From an uncultured Candidatus Bathyarchaeia archaeon (lineage in GTDB: Archaea > Thermoproteota > Bathyarchaeia > Bathyarchaeales > Bathycorpusculaceae): a stretch of 56,652 nt of DNA. Below are positions 36,285-46,259 of this stretch, in pieces. The stretch spans positions 1 through 56,652 of the forward strand of contig CAZWPI010000001.1 in NCBI GenBank assembly GCA_964636055.1. The letters run 5' to 3'. Both the position numbers and the translations under genes were made by a program. The notes beneath the pieces are model-generated. The model saw only the letters and a list, made by a program, of their open reading frames with translations, ran no database searches and was not told the origin of the DNA. Each line of letters begins with the position of its first letter. The first letter of the stretch is position 1.

Positions 36285-38243
36285 ATGTCTGAAACAAATT
36301 TACCGTTCAACGAGAAAATCTGTCCAAATAACACGCAACCCTCTTCCGGAGAAAAACGCCGCCAAGAATGGGAAAAATCAATAAATAACCCCCATGAGTT
36401 CTGGGCTGAAAAAGCAAAAGCTATCGACTGGTTCAAACCATGGGACAAAGTGCTTGACGACTCAAACCCGCCATTCTACAAATGGTTCCAAGGCGGAATC
36501 CTCAACATATCACACAACGCTCTGGATAGGCACGTGAAGACCCCCAAGAAAAACAAGCTCGCCTACATCTGGGAAGGAGAAATGGGCGAAGTCAAAACCT
36601 ACACTTACAACCAGCTTTACAGCGAGGTCAACAAACTCGCCAAGGTCTTCAAAGACTTCGGTCTCAAAAAAGGTGACCGCGTAGCCGTTTACCTGCCTGT
36701 AATTCCTGAACTGCCGATAACTCTTCTTGCAACGGCACGTATAGGCGGAATCCACACTGTCGTCTTCTCAGGCTTCAGCGCCGAAGCCTTGGCAGATAGA
36801 ATACGCGACTGCGAAGCAAAAATCCTCGTAACCGCAGATGGATCATACAGACGCGGAAAGATCATCGCAATAAAAGACAACGCAGACCGCGCACTGCAGA
36901 ACACGCCAACCGTGGAAAAAGTCATAGTCGTAAAACGAACATGCCAGGACATCCAGATGAAGGATGGCAGAGATGTCTGGTACCACGACGCACTCGAACA
37001 AGCAGGAGCAAACGCTTACGTTCCACCCGAACCCATGCAAGCCACAGACCCACTGTTCATACTCTACACTTCAGGCACCACAGGCAAACCAAAAGGTGTC
37101 CTACATGGAACAGGCGGCTACACCGTCTGGGCATACTGGACCCTCAGATGGGCTTTCAACCCGAACGACGACGACATTTGGTGGTGCACCGCAGACATCG
37201 GCTGGATCACCGGGCACACCTACAACGTTTACGCGCCACTATCACTCGGCATAACATCGCTGCTTTTCGAGGGCACACCTGACTACCCAGCGCAAGACCG
37301 CTGGTGGGACATCATCGAAAGACACGGCGTAACCATACTCTACTCAACGCCTACAGCGGTCAGAATGTTCATGAAATTCGGCGAAGAATGGATAAACAAA
37401 CACGACCTCAGCACCCTACGCATACTGGGCACAGTCGGCGAACCCATAAACCCCGAAGCCTGGAAATGGTACTACCGCGTAATCGGAAAAGAAAAACTCC
37501 CCATAATCGACACTTGGTGGCAGACAGAAACAGGCGGCTACATGATCGCACCGCTAGCAGGAATAGACTTGGTTCCGCTTAAACCCGGCTCAGCAACATA
37601 CCCGCTGCCAAGCGTCCAAGCAGAAGTCTACGATGAGAAGGGTCAACCCGCACAAGCAGGAAACAAAGGCTTTCTCGTAATCAAAACAACATGGCCAGGA
37701 ATGCTGCAAACCCTTTGGAAAGACCCTGAACGGTTCAAGCAGACATACTTCGGAAGATGGCCCAACGTCTACTACACCGGAGACTACGCAGTCAAAGACT
37801 CAGAAGGCTACTTCTGGCTCCTTGGAAGGGCTGATGAAGTCCTCAAAGTAGCAGGACACCGCATAGGCACAGTTGAGCTTGAAAGCGCTTTGGTTTCGCA
37901 CCCAGCAGTTTCAGAGGCAGCAGTCATGGGAAAAGAGGACGCAGTGAAAGGCGAAGTGCCAGTAGCGTTCGTAGTATTGCGAAGCGGCTTCTCCCCCTCA
38001 GAGGAACTGCGCAAGGAACTCGTAAAACACATAAGAACAACAATAGGTCCGATAGCTACACCAGACGCCATCGTGATGGTCAATAAGCTGCCGAAAACAC
38101 GCAGCGGAAAGATCATGCGCAGAATACTCAAAGCTGTAATAGTTGGAGCACCTTTAGGCGACATATCCACGATAGAAGACGAAGCCTCTGTGGAAGACAT
38201 AAAGGCGACGTACGAAGAGTTGCGAAAGCAACTATCACAATAG
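36285..38243 (+). CDS. acs: acetyl-CoA synthetase (AMP-forming)
   Basis: 652 aa; YTSGTTGKPKGV, WWQTETGG, YTGDYA, LPKTRSGKIMRR motifs. Confidence 0.95.
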   Translation: MSETNLPFNEKICPNNTQPSSGEKRRQEWEKSINNPHEFWAEKAKAIDWFKPWDKVLDDSNPPFYKWFQGGILNISHNALDRHVKTPKKNKLAYIWEGEMGEVKTYTYNQLYSEVNKLAKVFKDFGLKKGDRVAVYLPVIPELPITLLATARIGGIHTVVFSGFSAEALADRIRDCEAKILVTADGSYRRGKIIAIKDNADRALQNTPTVEKVIVVKRTCQDIQMKDGRDVWYHDALEQAGANAYVPPEPMQATDPLFILYTSGTTGKPKGVLHGTGGYTVWAYWTLRWAFNPNDDDIWWCTADIGWITGHTYNVYAPLSLGITSLLFEGTPDYPAQDRWWDIIERHGVTILYSTPTAVRMFMKFGEEWINKHDLSTLRILGTVGEPINPEAWKWYYRVIGKEKLPIIDTWWQTETGGYMIAPLAGIDLVPLKPGSATYPLPSVQAEVYDEKGQPAQAGNKGFLVIKTTWPGMLQTLWKDPERFKQTYFGRWPNVYYTGDYAVKDSEGYFWLLGRADEVLKVAGHRIGTVELESALVSHPAVSEAAVMGKEDAVKGEVPVAFVVLRSGFSPSEELRKELVKHIRTTIGPIATPDAIVMVNKLPKTRSGKIMRRILKAVIVGAPLGDISTIEDEASVEDIKATYEELRKQLSQ

Positions 38244-38340
38244 TCCCTCCTTTTCTTATTCCTGCCTTTAGCTTTGCGATTGCGTTCCACTACAAGTTAT
38301 AAAGCCGAGGGCAAGCCAATGAATTACGATGAGGAATGCT

Positions 38341-38615
38341 ATGAGGAAATCGCTCCTGATTGCATTTTTGATAGCCATAATTGTTGGCGGATTGACTTTA
38401 GTTAACATTGTACGGTGTAAGCTTCCATTGAGGTCAATGGAACAATCATTTCAAACACCACTTGGACTAAGGCAAATGGGCCGTATTCCCTTACTGGACC
38501 AGTGCTAATAGAAAATGGCGTGACATTGAAGATTGAAGCTGGAGCAACTGTGAACTCTGGTCGCTACATTCCCGTGGTCAAGTTCCAGTTTCCTTTATGT
38601 AGTTTCTATTCATGA
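38341..38615 (+). pseudogene. remnant of a secreted parallel-beta-helix protein gene
   Basis: signal-peptide-like MRKSLLIAFLIAIIVGGLTLVNIV in one frame; ASIEVNGTIISNTTWTKANGPYSLTGPVLIENGVTLKIEAGATVN in another after an in-frame TAA; no body follows. Confidence 0.5.
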
Positions 38616-38953
38616 GGGAGCTAGTTTTTCCATGCACCAGTGTTCTGCGTCTCAATGTGCATTTATGTTGTGCATGTCTACAACAGTGATTTGGGATGCA
38701 GAATATTTAGTTTTATTTCATCCTTCAGTATCGAAGCATGAACTATTGTTGGGCAAGAAAACAAAACGTGCCTTCAAGAACTTACTACTCATCCATGGAT
38801 ATTCTGAGAAGGTTGCGGAGGAGCTTTGGAAATGGCGATTTTTCAGAAAAGAAGGGGGTTGCCAGCGTCTAACAGCACTCGTTATCTAGCGTAAGCCGCC
38901 TATCTGGACTAAAGTTATATACCACAACGCAAAGTAAACATGATGGAAGGCAT

Positions 38954-41275
38954 ATGCACTCCCGTTCAGCACGCACCAAACTAAAAGCAGTTCTCGTAAT
39001 TGACGTTTTAATAGTGGCTGTAGCGGCTGGGGTCTATTTTTATCTCCAAGCCGAAGGCTTAATCGTCGGCCCAACTAAGCAAGCCGCGTTTACAGTAACG
39101 GACCTCACGATCAACCCGCTTAAAGCAGAAGTGTTTGAACCCGTTCTAATAACAGTCAACGTAACCAACATAGGAGGCGAACAAGGAGAATATGTTGCAA
39201 ACCTCACCATCAACGATGTATTAGAGCAAAATCAAACAATTCTGGTTCCAGCTGGGGGATCCACCTTAGCCGAGTTCACAGTAATGGAAAAAGTTGAGGG
39301 AACCTACACCGTTGAAATAGGAGGTTTGTCTGGTTCATTAACCTTCACCGCTCCATCGCCGACATCAAGCAAAATAGGCTTATCTAATCTGGTTGTCAAC
39401 CCATACGAAGCCTGGCCCAACGAAACAATAACGGCTACAGTCGCTGCCACCAACATCGGAGAAGAACCGGACAACCTTACCGTGAGACTTATGGTTGATG
39501 ATTCACTGGTAGACTATAAAAAAATCGAGTTAGATGCAAAAGGAACAACAACGGTAGACTTCGCATTTAACTCAACAACCGAGGGAAAACACACTGTCAA
39601 AGTGAATTCCCTATCTGGAACCTTCACAGTCGTTCCCACAGGCTACCATACGCTCATAGTCAGTAGATCCGGTGGTGGCTCCATACCCTTAACATTCACC
39701 CTCGACGGAGTAAGCCACGACACAACCTACACCGCCCTCTTACCCGTAGGAAAATACACAATTACTGTGCCAAACATCGTCGACGTCGGAACCGGTGTAC
39801 TACAATTTTCATATTGGAGCAATGGAGAAAAAAGCACATCAATAACTTTCACGTTAAATAGCCGTTTTATAATAGTTGCAACCTACACGGTAATCAGCGG
39901 ATACGCATCCTGTCCCTCGCTGTACTATTGGAACGGAACCAATTACGTTTACGTCACTGAAGTCTCAAACGCAGGCTGGCTGGGATACATGAACTACATG
40001 GATGAAAACGGCAACATCGTATTCGGCGGAGGTAACCCATGGGACACCATCAAACTGAATGCAAACCAGTTAACGCCGCGAGACGGCAATTACGATGTGA
40101 TACTTCAGCAAAGATGGGATGAAATCTTTTACCTCGACTCAGCCTTCATGATGGTAGTTGATCACCCAGCTAATGTGGATGCCTACTCAACCATGGTCAA
40201 CTACGTCAATCAAGCTTTTCCAAGCGAGATTTACACCGTAAGCAAAAACAACCTAAAAACTCCAGTTTCAGCTTACAATGAAAAGGGAGAAAATGTCCTA
40301 CCTGAAATCGCCAAGCTGGACGGAATTTTCACACCCGGCAGCAACGGACTCCTTAGTCCATCATGGGACAACATCACCTTAAACCAGTTAACGCTAGACT
40401 TGGGCAATCTATCTGGTGCACAACAAATTAAGCTCGTCATCAACGGAATGGTTGATTGGGGTCCAGCGCAACCCTATTACGATTGGATAGACGGCTTTAA
40501 GACAGCATATGCCGAAGGTTTGGTGCCAAATGGCACGCAGATTTACCCAGCGCCCTACATGGAGGTTATGGATGGAAATGGGAATTGGGTGCGCGTGCCA
40601 ACGGATAGGCAGATGCCAACGCCCTCAGACTACACCGCCAGAAGCTTCGTCGTTGACCTGACTGGGCTTTTCCCCAAAGACGTGAGCGACTACAAGATCA
40701 GAATCACCAATTTCTGGAACGTGACGTATGATTACATCGGGATAGACACAACCCCGCAGGCAAACATCACGGTTCAGAGAATCAACCCCACCGCCACTCT
40801 TGAGCAAGTAGCTACCAGCCATTCGTCCGTTACAGGGAACTTCACAAGGTACGGCGACGTAACACAACTACTTTCGAATGCAGACGACATGTTTGTGATC
40901 GGAATGCAAGGCGACCAAGTCTCCCTCCAATTCCCCACAGCCAATCTCGCACCTCTCAAAGACGGCATGGAACGAGACTACTTCTTATTCGTAGCTTGCT
41001 GGTTCAAAGACCCGCCTGGAAATTGGGGCTACGGATTTAATTTCACAGTAGACCCCCTGCCATTCCAAAATATGAGCGGCTTCCCATATCCCTCTACGGA
41101 AAGCTACCCATACAACGCCGCACACCTGCAATATCTCCGCGAATACAACACTAGAGTAAGAGTGGCTCCAAACCCGCCCCTGTCTTCCTTGGCGACGTGG
41201 GCGACTGCTGTCGTAATACTGATAGCTGTTGTTGACTTGGGCGTTCTGGTCTACTTCAAGAAACGTCGTCGATAA
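38954..41275 (+). CDS. cell-surface protein with CARDB-like Ig repeats, N- and C-terminal TM segments
   Basis: repeated FTVTDLTINP...VTNIGGEQGEY / VATNIGEEPDNLTV modules, many N-x-S/T sequons, C-terminal hydrophobic helix + KKRRR. Confidence 0.8.
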   Translation: MHSRSARTKLKAVLVIDVLIVAVAAGVYFYLQAEGLIVGPTKQAAFTVTDLTINPLKAEVFEPVLITVNVTNIGGEQGEYVANLTINDVLEQNQTILVPAGGSTLAEFTVMEKVEGTYTVEIGGLSGSLTFTAPSPTSSKIGLSNLVVNPYEAWPNETITATVAATNIGEEPDNLTVRLMVDDSLVDYKKIELDAKGTTTVDFAFNSTTEGKHTVKVNSLSGTFTVVPTGYHTLIVSRSGGGSIPLTFTLDGVSHDTTYTALLPVGKYTITVPNIVDVGTGVLQFSYWSNGEKSTSITFTLNSRFIIVATYTVISGYASCPSLYYWNGTNYVYVTEVSNAGWLGYMNYMDENGNIVFGGGNPWDTIKLNANQLTPRDGNYDVILQQRWDEIFYLDSAFMMVVDHPANVDAYSTMVNYVNQAFPSEIYTVSKNNLKTPVSAYNEKGENVLPEIAKLDGIFTPGSNGLLSPSWDNITLNQLTLDLGNLSGAQQIKLVINGMVDWGPAQPYYDWIDGFKTAYAEGLVPNGTQIYPAPYMEVMDGNGNWVRVPTDRQMPTPSDYTARSFVVDLTGLFPKDVSDYKIRITNFWNVTYDYIGIDTTPQANITVQRINPTATLEQVATSHSSVTGNFTRYGDVTQLLSNADDMFVIGMQGDQVSLQFPTANLAPLKDGMERDYFLFVACWFKDPPGNWGYGFNFTVDPLPFQNMSGFPYPSTESYPYNAAHLQYLREYNTRVRVAPNPPLSSLATWATAVVILIAVVDLGVLVYFKKRRR

Positions 41276-41527
41276 CGTTCGTTGTGCACCATTTCGGGTA
41301 AGAATGTTTCTTCAGGTTTGAAACAGTTTGTTCACGTCAAGACTGTTCCTTGTGTAAACTTTAAATGCTTCAGCCTCTATTTTCATCTAAAAACCTTGAG
41401 ATTTCAACTATGCCATTGGTGCTTGAGATTACAAACCAGTATCTTGACGCGTTTGCTGGCGGCATCTCATACGGTTCAGTGTTTTTCACCTATGGCGTCT
41501 TCCATACCTTGCTAAGGCGAAACAAAC

Positions 41528-42520
41528 ATGATCATACAACTGTTAGGTGAAATACTGAAGTTAACGGTTCTTGCGGGGTTAGCTTTAGCAGGAATACTGG
41601 TTATCCTCATATGGAAAAAAGGTCTGGCTACAAAAGTAACCTACCTTAGATTCGTTATTCAGGTAGTAGCCATGGTTGCGGTTTTCTATTTATTTACCTA
41701 TCCTGTATGGCAACTTATCGTGTTAATCGTGATTCTGGTCATGCCTCTTGTTCTGGGCAGATTCTTCTGCGGTTGGCTTTGCCCGTTCGGCTTATACATG
41801 GATGCGATCACCCTGATCCGAAAAGCCTCCAAAATACGCTACCGAAACCTTCCCGATAAACTCAACAAGGTCCTGCATAACCTCAGATATGTGTTGTTAC
41901 TCTTCTTTTTAATCGTGCCTTTTATCCTGAGCCTAATAGAGCCTCCCTCGTCGTTGGACGCTGCCACTCTTTTGGCATTACTTTTCGCTGGTCCTTTCAG
42001 ACCCTGGGCGGTCTTGCTTGGTCCCTTGATCCCTCTGATCGTTCCATGGGTTGGGCCACTGGAAATTGGCGCATTATATTTTAGCTATCCCTACGTTCAA
42101 GAAGTAATACTATACTCTAACATGGCTTTTAGCGAGATTTTTGTTACAATTACAGCGTTAATTTTTGTGGCGTTAACAGTTGTCGGTTCATTCTTTGTGA
42201 GACGCGTTTGGTGCAGGTTCTGCCCAACAGGCGCCTCTATCGCTGTCGTGAACAGGTTTAAGGGTTTCAAGTGGGCTCCTTTGCTTCATATCGACAAGGA
42301 CGAAGAAAAATGCACTAAATGCGGGATTTGCAAAAGAGTGTGTCCAGTTCAAGTCACCGAAGTGTACGAACAGAAGGGAGGAAAAATAACCACTTCAATG
42401 TGCATGCTTTGCATGCGATGCGTTGAAATGTGTCCCTACGAAGACTGCTTGAAAGTGAAAATGGGCGGAAAAACCGTTTTCAAGTCTCGAAACTGGTTGG
42501 AACCATCAACAATTGAGTGA
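41528..42520 (+). CDS. NapH/MauN-type polytopic 4Fe-4S protein
   Basis: CGWLCPFG motif, several TM helices, two CxxCxxCxxxCP clusters (CTKCGICKRVCP, CMLCMRCVEMCP). Confidence 0.75.
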   Translation: MIIQLLGEILKLTVLAGLALAGILVILIWKKGLATKVTYLRFVIQVVAMVAVFYLFTYPVWQLIVLIVILVMPLVLGRFFCGWLCPFGLYMDAITLIRKASKIRYRNLPDKLNKVLHNLRYVLLLFFLIVPFILSLIEPPSSLDAATLLALLFAGPFRPWAVLLGPLIPLIVPWVGPLEIGALYFSYPYVQEVILYSNMAFSEIFVTITALIFVALTVVGSFFVRRVWCRFCPTGASIAVVNRFKGFKWAPLLHIDKDEEKCTKCGICKRVCPVQVTEVYEQKGGKITTSMCMLCMRCVEMCPYEDCLKVKMGGKTVFKSRNWLEPSTIE

Positions 42521-42527
42521 GAAAAGA

Positions 42528-43856
42528 ATGAAAAGCCAAAGTGAAGAAAAAAAGTACATGCCTGAAATCTCTCAAAAAGAAATTGAGGAACTGAGAAACG
42601 CTATCAAAGCCACTTCCCAAAAAGTAATTGCTGAAAACATCGAAAGAATGAAGCAGACTGACCCAAACCGACCTGAGGCAATGCAGTACTTCGATGAGAT
42701 AGCAAACTTCGCTACGCGGGAAAAAGAGATTCGCGCAGCAAAAAAAGAGGGCAAAAGGGTCATCGGTTACACGTGCTTGTTTGCACCTATCGAACTCGTT
42801 TTGGCTTCTGGTGCTATCCCAGTTCGGGTTAACTCTGGTTGGTATGATGCTGCGAAGCTTGGTGACAGAATTGTGCCCGTTGAAGTCTGCCCCGTGGTGC
42901 GGTCAACCATAGGCGCAAAAATGATTGCTTTATCTCCATACCTTGAGTTGAGTGACGCTCTGATAAGCGTGTTAACATGCGATGGGATGACAAAGCTCAG
43001 CGAAATCTTAAGCGATTACACGCCTGTTTGGACGATGACTCTTCCAAGGGTTAAAGATACCGAACAATCAAAGCGTTTGTGGAGAGAGGAAATTAAGGCT
43101 GTGAAGGGACAAATTGAAGCGTTGACTGGCAACAAAATTAAGCAAAAGCAATTGAAATCCGCCATAGAGCAGACGCAGAAGGCAACAAAAGCTTTCCGCA
43201 GGCTGCAGGAACTGAGAAAAGGTCCTCCGGTCATCATGGGCAGAGATGCCATGTTGGTTAATCAAACGTACATGTGGGATAACATAGAGCGGTGGACGGA
43301 GAAGACCGAAGCGTTGTGTGACGAACTTGAAAAAAGAGCGCGCGAGAAAATGTGGGCTTGTCCTCCAGGCACTCCGAGAGTTATGGTTACTGGTACGCCG
43401 ATGATTTGGCCTGACAACTGGAAGCTTCCTACGCTGGTTGAGGAAGGTAACCCTAGAGGTGTCCTCGTGGCTGATGAGCTGTGTTCAAGTGAGCGGCTTC
43501 TGTATGACCCTGTGGGCGTGGATGAATGGTCGGTGAGCGACATGCTTAACGCCATAAGTGAAAGGTACTTAATGGCTTCCACGTGTCCCTGCCTCACTTC
43601 TAAAGACGGAAACGAAGACAGAATCAACTGGTTATTAACCAAGATTAAAGAATGGGATATCCAGGGCGTAATCTACTATGTGGTTCGTGGCTGCATGCTC
43701 TACGCCATGGAGTACACGCGGGTCAAAAAAGTTTTAGATCGCCTGAGCGTTCCTGTATACTACTTGGATACGGAGTACACACGGGAGGATGTGGGTCAAA
43801 TGAAGACGAGAGTTGAAGCCTTCTTGGAGATGCTTACGGCGAGGATTGACATATAG
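42528..43856 (+). CDS. 2-hydroxyacyl-CoA dehydratase / BcrC / HgdB-family protein (possible double-cubane-cluster type)
   Basis: GKRVIGYTCLFAPIELVLASGAIPVRV and conserved Cys spread over the protein; single large subunit only. Confidence 0.7.
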   Translation: MKSQSEEKKYMPEISQKEIEELRNAIKATSQKVIAENIERMKQTDPNRPEAMQYFDEIANFATREKEIRAAKKEGKRVIGYTCLFAPIELVLASGAIPVRVNSGWYDAAKLGDRIVPVEVCPVVRSTIGAKMIALSPYLELSDALISVLTCDGMTKLSEILSDYTPVWTMTLPRVKDTEQSKRLWREEIKAVKGQIEALTGNKIKQKQLKSAIEQTQKATKAFRRLQELRKGPPVIMGRDAMLVNQTYMWDNIERWTEKTEALCDELEKRAREKMWACPPGTPRVMVTGTPMIWPDNWKLPTLVEEGNPRGVLVADELCSSERLLYDPVGVDEWSVSDMLNAISERYLMASTCPCLTSKDGNEDRINWLLTKIKEWDIQGVIYYVVRGCMLYAMEYTRVKKVLDRLSVPVYYLDTEYTREDVGQMKTRVEAFLEMLTARIDI

Positions 43857-43858
43857 AG

Positions 43859-44647
43859 GTGAAGTTGATGATTACGGCTGGAATAGACTTGGGCACTCAA
43901 AGCGTGAAAGCAGTGATCTTGAAGGACGGCGAGGTGGTTTCTCGCGGTAAAGCTTTTTCTGGTTTTGACCCGGCGGAAGCTGCGGAGAAAGCTTTTGGGG
44001 AAGCGTTAAAAGACGCCAAATTATCATTATCTGATGTGAATCATATTACTGCTACTGGTTCAGGTATGGACTTGGCGCCTAATTCCAACAGCACCATAAG
44101 CATGATGGGTGCCGACGCACAGGCAGGAGTCTATCTATTTCCCAAAGCCCGAACAATAATTGATGTCGGCGCGGAAGAAGCGAGAGCGGTGAAGTGTGAC
44201 GAGAAGGGGATTATGATGGACTTCGTGGTTAACGAGCGATGCGCGGCTGGGGCTGGCGCGTTCATTGAAGCCATGGCAAGAGCCTTAGAGGTGAAGCTGG
44301 AAGATATGGGTCCGCTTTCGCTTAAGGCGGAACGCGCAAGCTCGATAAACGCCAGCTGTGTTATCTTCGGCGAGTCGGATGTGGTTACTTTGATTCACCG
44401 TCAAGAATCGAAACCTGAGATTGCAAGGGCCATATTTGACGCCATGGCTGACCGTATCTCATCAATGGTGTATAGGCTGGGAGTAAACCCTGATGTCGTG
44501 TTGCTGGGCGGCGTCGCCAGAGATGTTGGTTTTGTCGCATCCTTAAAAAGGAAGCTTGGCGTTGACGTGTTGATACCTGAGTATCCGGAGTATGCCGGCG
44601 CTTTGGGCGCGGCTCTCGTTGCTGTCCGCCGCGTTAAAAAGGTGTAA
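43859..44647 (+). CDS. BcrA/BcrD/HgdC-type activator ATPase
   Basis: GIDLGTQSVKAVIL, NERCAAGAGAFIE, VLLGGVARD. Confidence 0.85.
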   Translation: MKLMITAGIDLGTQSVKAVILKDGEVVSRGKAFSGFDPAEAAEKAFGEALKDAKLSLSDVNHITATGSGMDLAPNSNSTISMMGADAQAGVYLFPKARTIIDVGAEEARAVKCDEKGIMMDFVVNERCAAGAGAFIEAMARALEVKLEDMGPLSLKAERASSINASCVIFGESDVVTLIHRQESKPEIARAIFDAMADRISSMVYRLGVNPDVVLLGGVARDVGFVASLKRKLGVDVLIPEYPEYAGALGAALVAVRRVKKV

Positions 44648-44650
44648 AAA

Positions 44651-45559
44651 GTGAAGGAAACCCCGAAGAAAGAAGATGTGGAATATTGGAGATGGCAAGA
44701 GTACCACAGGGTCTTTTCTGAAAAGAAGTGGAAGAACAAAGACATAATCACCGCGGGCGTTGACGTTGGCTCGGTCGGCTCTAAAGCTACCATAATGATT
44801 GACGGTGAAGTCTACTCTTGGGGTGTAATGCGGACTGGGTCAAACAGTCCTGACAGCGCTAAAAAAGCACTGAATTGGGCGATGGAAGGAACCGGGCTTA
44901 GGCTTGATGACCTTAAGTACATAGTTGGAACAGGCTACGGACGCGTGAATGTTCCCATGGCTAATAAGGCTATTACGGAAATTGCTTGCCACGCAAAAGG
45001 CGCAAACTACATTTGGGGACCCAGCGTCAGAACCGTGCTGGATGTTGGCGGTCAAGACATAAAAGCGATTCACTGCGATGAAACGGGCAGAGTTACCTCG
45101 TTTTTGATGAATGACAAGTGCGCAGCCGGCACGGGCAGGGGCATGGAAGTTTTCGCTGACCTGTTGAAAATCCCGATTGAGAAAATCGGTGAAGTCTCGC
45201 TTCACGTTGACGAGGAGCCGCCGCCGGTGAGTTGCACTTGCGTGGCTTTTGCGAAAACCGAGGCTATGGGGCTGCTGCGGAAGGGATGGTCTAAAGAAAA
45301 AGTTTTGGCTGCTTACACGCATGCGATGGCTATCAGAATGGGCAACCTCATCAAACGAGTAGGTCTCGAAAAGGAGTTTGTCATCACTGGCGGACAGTCA
45401 AAAAACATCGGCATAGTCACGAGGATAGAAAAGGCGCTTGGCGTCAAATGCCTTCCAATGCCGAATTGGCGGGAAAACGAGTTAGACCCCATGATAGCTG
45501 GAGCCATAGGCGCCGCGCTGTTCGCTAAAGCGCTATACGAGAAAGCGCAGAAAAGCTGA
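44651..45559 (+). CDS. BcrA/BcrD/HgdC-type activator ATPase, second copy
   Basis: GVDVGSVGSKATIM, NDKCAAGTGRGMEV, VITGGQSKN. Confidence 0.85.
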   Translation: MKETPKKEDVEYWRWQEYHRVFSEKKWKNKDIITAGVDVGSVGSKATIMIDGEVYSWGVMRTGSNSPDSAKKALNWAMEGTGLRLDDLKYIVGTGYGRVNVPMANKAITEIACHAKGANYIWGPSVRTVLDVGGQDIKAIHCDETGRVTSFLMNDKCAAGTGRGMEVFADLLKIPIEKIGEVSLHVDEEPPPVSCTCVAFAKTEAMGLLRKGWSKEKVLAAYTHAMAIRMGNLIKRVGLEKEFVITGGQSKNIGIVTRIEKALGVKCLPMPNWRENELDPMIAGAIGAALFAKALYEKAQKS

Positions 45560-45582
45560 GAGAGGGGTGATTGACTATTATA

Positions 45583-45864
45583 ATGCATTATGGCTACACC
45601 GACGGGTCAGGGGAGTACTACATCGTTATCGACGCTGAAAAATGCATTGGTTGCGCCAAATGCATAGTGCAGTGTCCTCAGTCAGCTCTTGAACTGGTGG
45701 ACATGCTGATTGATTTGGAAGACAAGACGGTGGCGGCGGTGACAGAGCAGCAACGCAGAAACATCAAGTACGCATGTTCCCCGTGCAAGCCTGAAAGCGG
45801 CAAAGCCCCATGCGTCTTAGCTTGCGCTGAAAAAGCTATCTGGTGCGTCTGGAACCCACGCTGA
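45583..45864 (+). CDS. ferredoxin-like 4Fe-4S protein
   Basis: CIGCAKCIVQCP plus CSPC...CVLAC. Confidence 0.7.
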   Translation: MHYGYTDGSGEYYIVIDAEKCIGCAKCIVQCPQSALELVDMLIDLEDKTVAAVTEQQRRNIKYACSPCKPESGKAPCVLACAEKAIWCVWNPR

Positions 45865-45901
45865 AAACTGCGCTTTTGCTTTCATGTTAACTAAATTCTG
45901 A

Positions 45902-46192
45902 AAAAGTCCACTTTATTTTCAATATGGGTGGGGTGGTACTTGGACCTCTAAGTTCTTTCGGACTCATGGTTCCGCTGTTGAGAAGCAGATTTACACGCGG
46001 AGAAGTGTTGTTGAGCGGGTGAATTCGCGGCAGAAGGAGCTGCTCTGTCTTGAAAGGCATAGAGCCAGAGGCCTAGAACGCGTAGCCTTTCATGCTTTGC
46101 TTTGCATGATCGCTATGCTGCTCAATGCGGTAGCGGCGTTACGGCTGAACAGGTCTGAAAAAGCCAGATGCATCACCATGCTAGCCAGATAG
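45902..46192 (+). mobile_element. C-terminal remnant of an IS4/IS5-type DDE transposase gene
   Basis: startless open frame ...IYTRRSVVERVNSRQKELLCLERHRARGLERVAFHALLCMIAMLLNAV... resembles the conserved transposase C-terminus. Confidence 0.55.
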
Positions 46193-46259
46193 TAGAAATT
46201 AACACAAACCAATAGAGTTAGCAACCGAGCTGGCACGCTCAAATCGTTTTTTCAAAGCT

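Noticed and set aside
38632-38889. 85-aa ORF whose end (HGYSEKVAEELWKW) vaguely recalls a small archaeal protein family
   Set aside because: The similarity rests on memory only. The N-terminal half is Cys/Met-rich and unconvincing, and a frame change would be needed for a sensible C-terminus.
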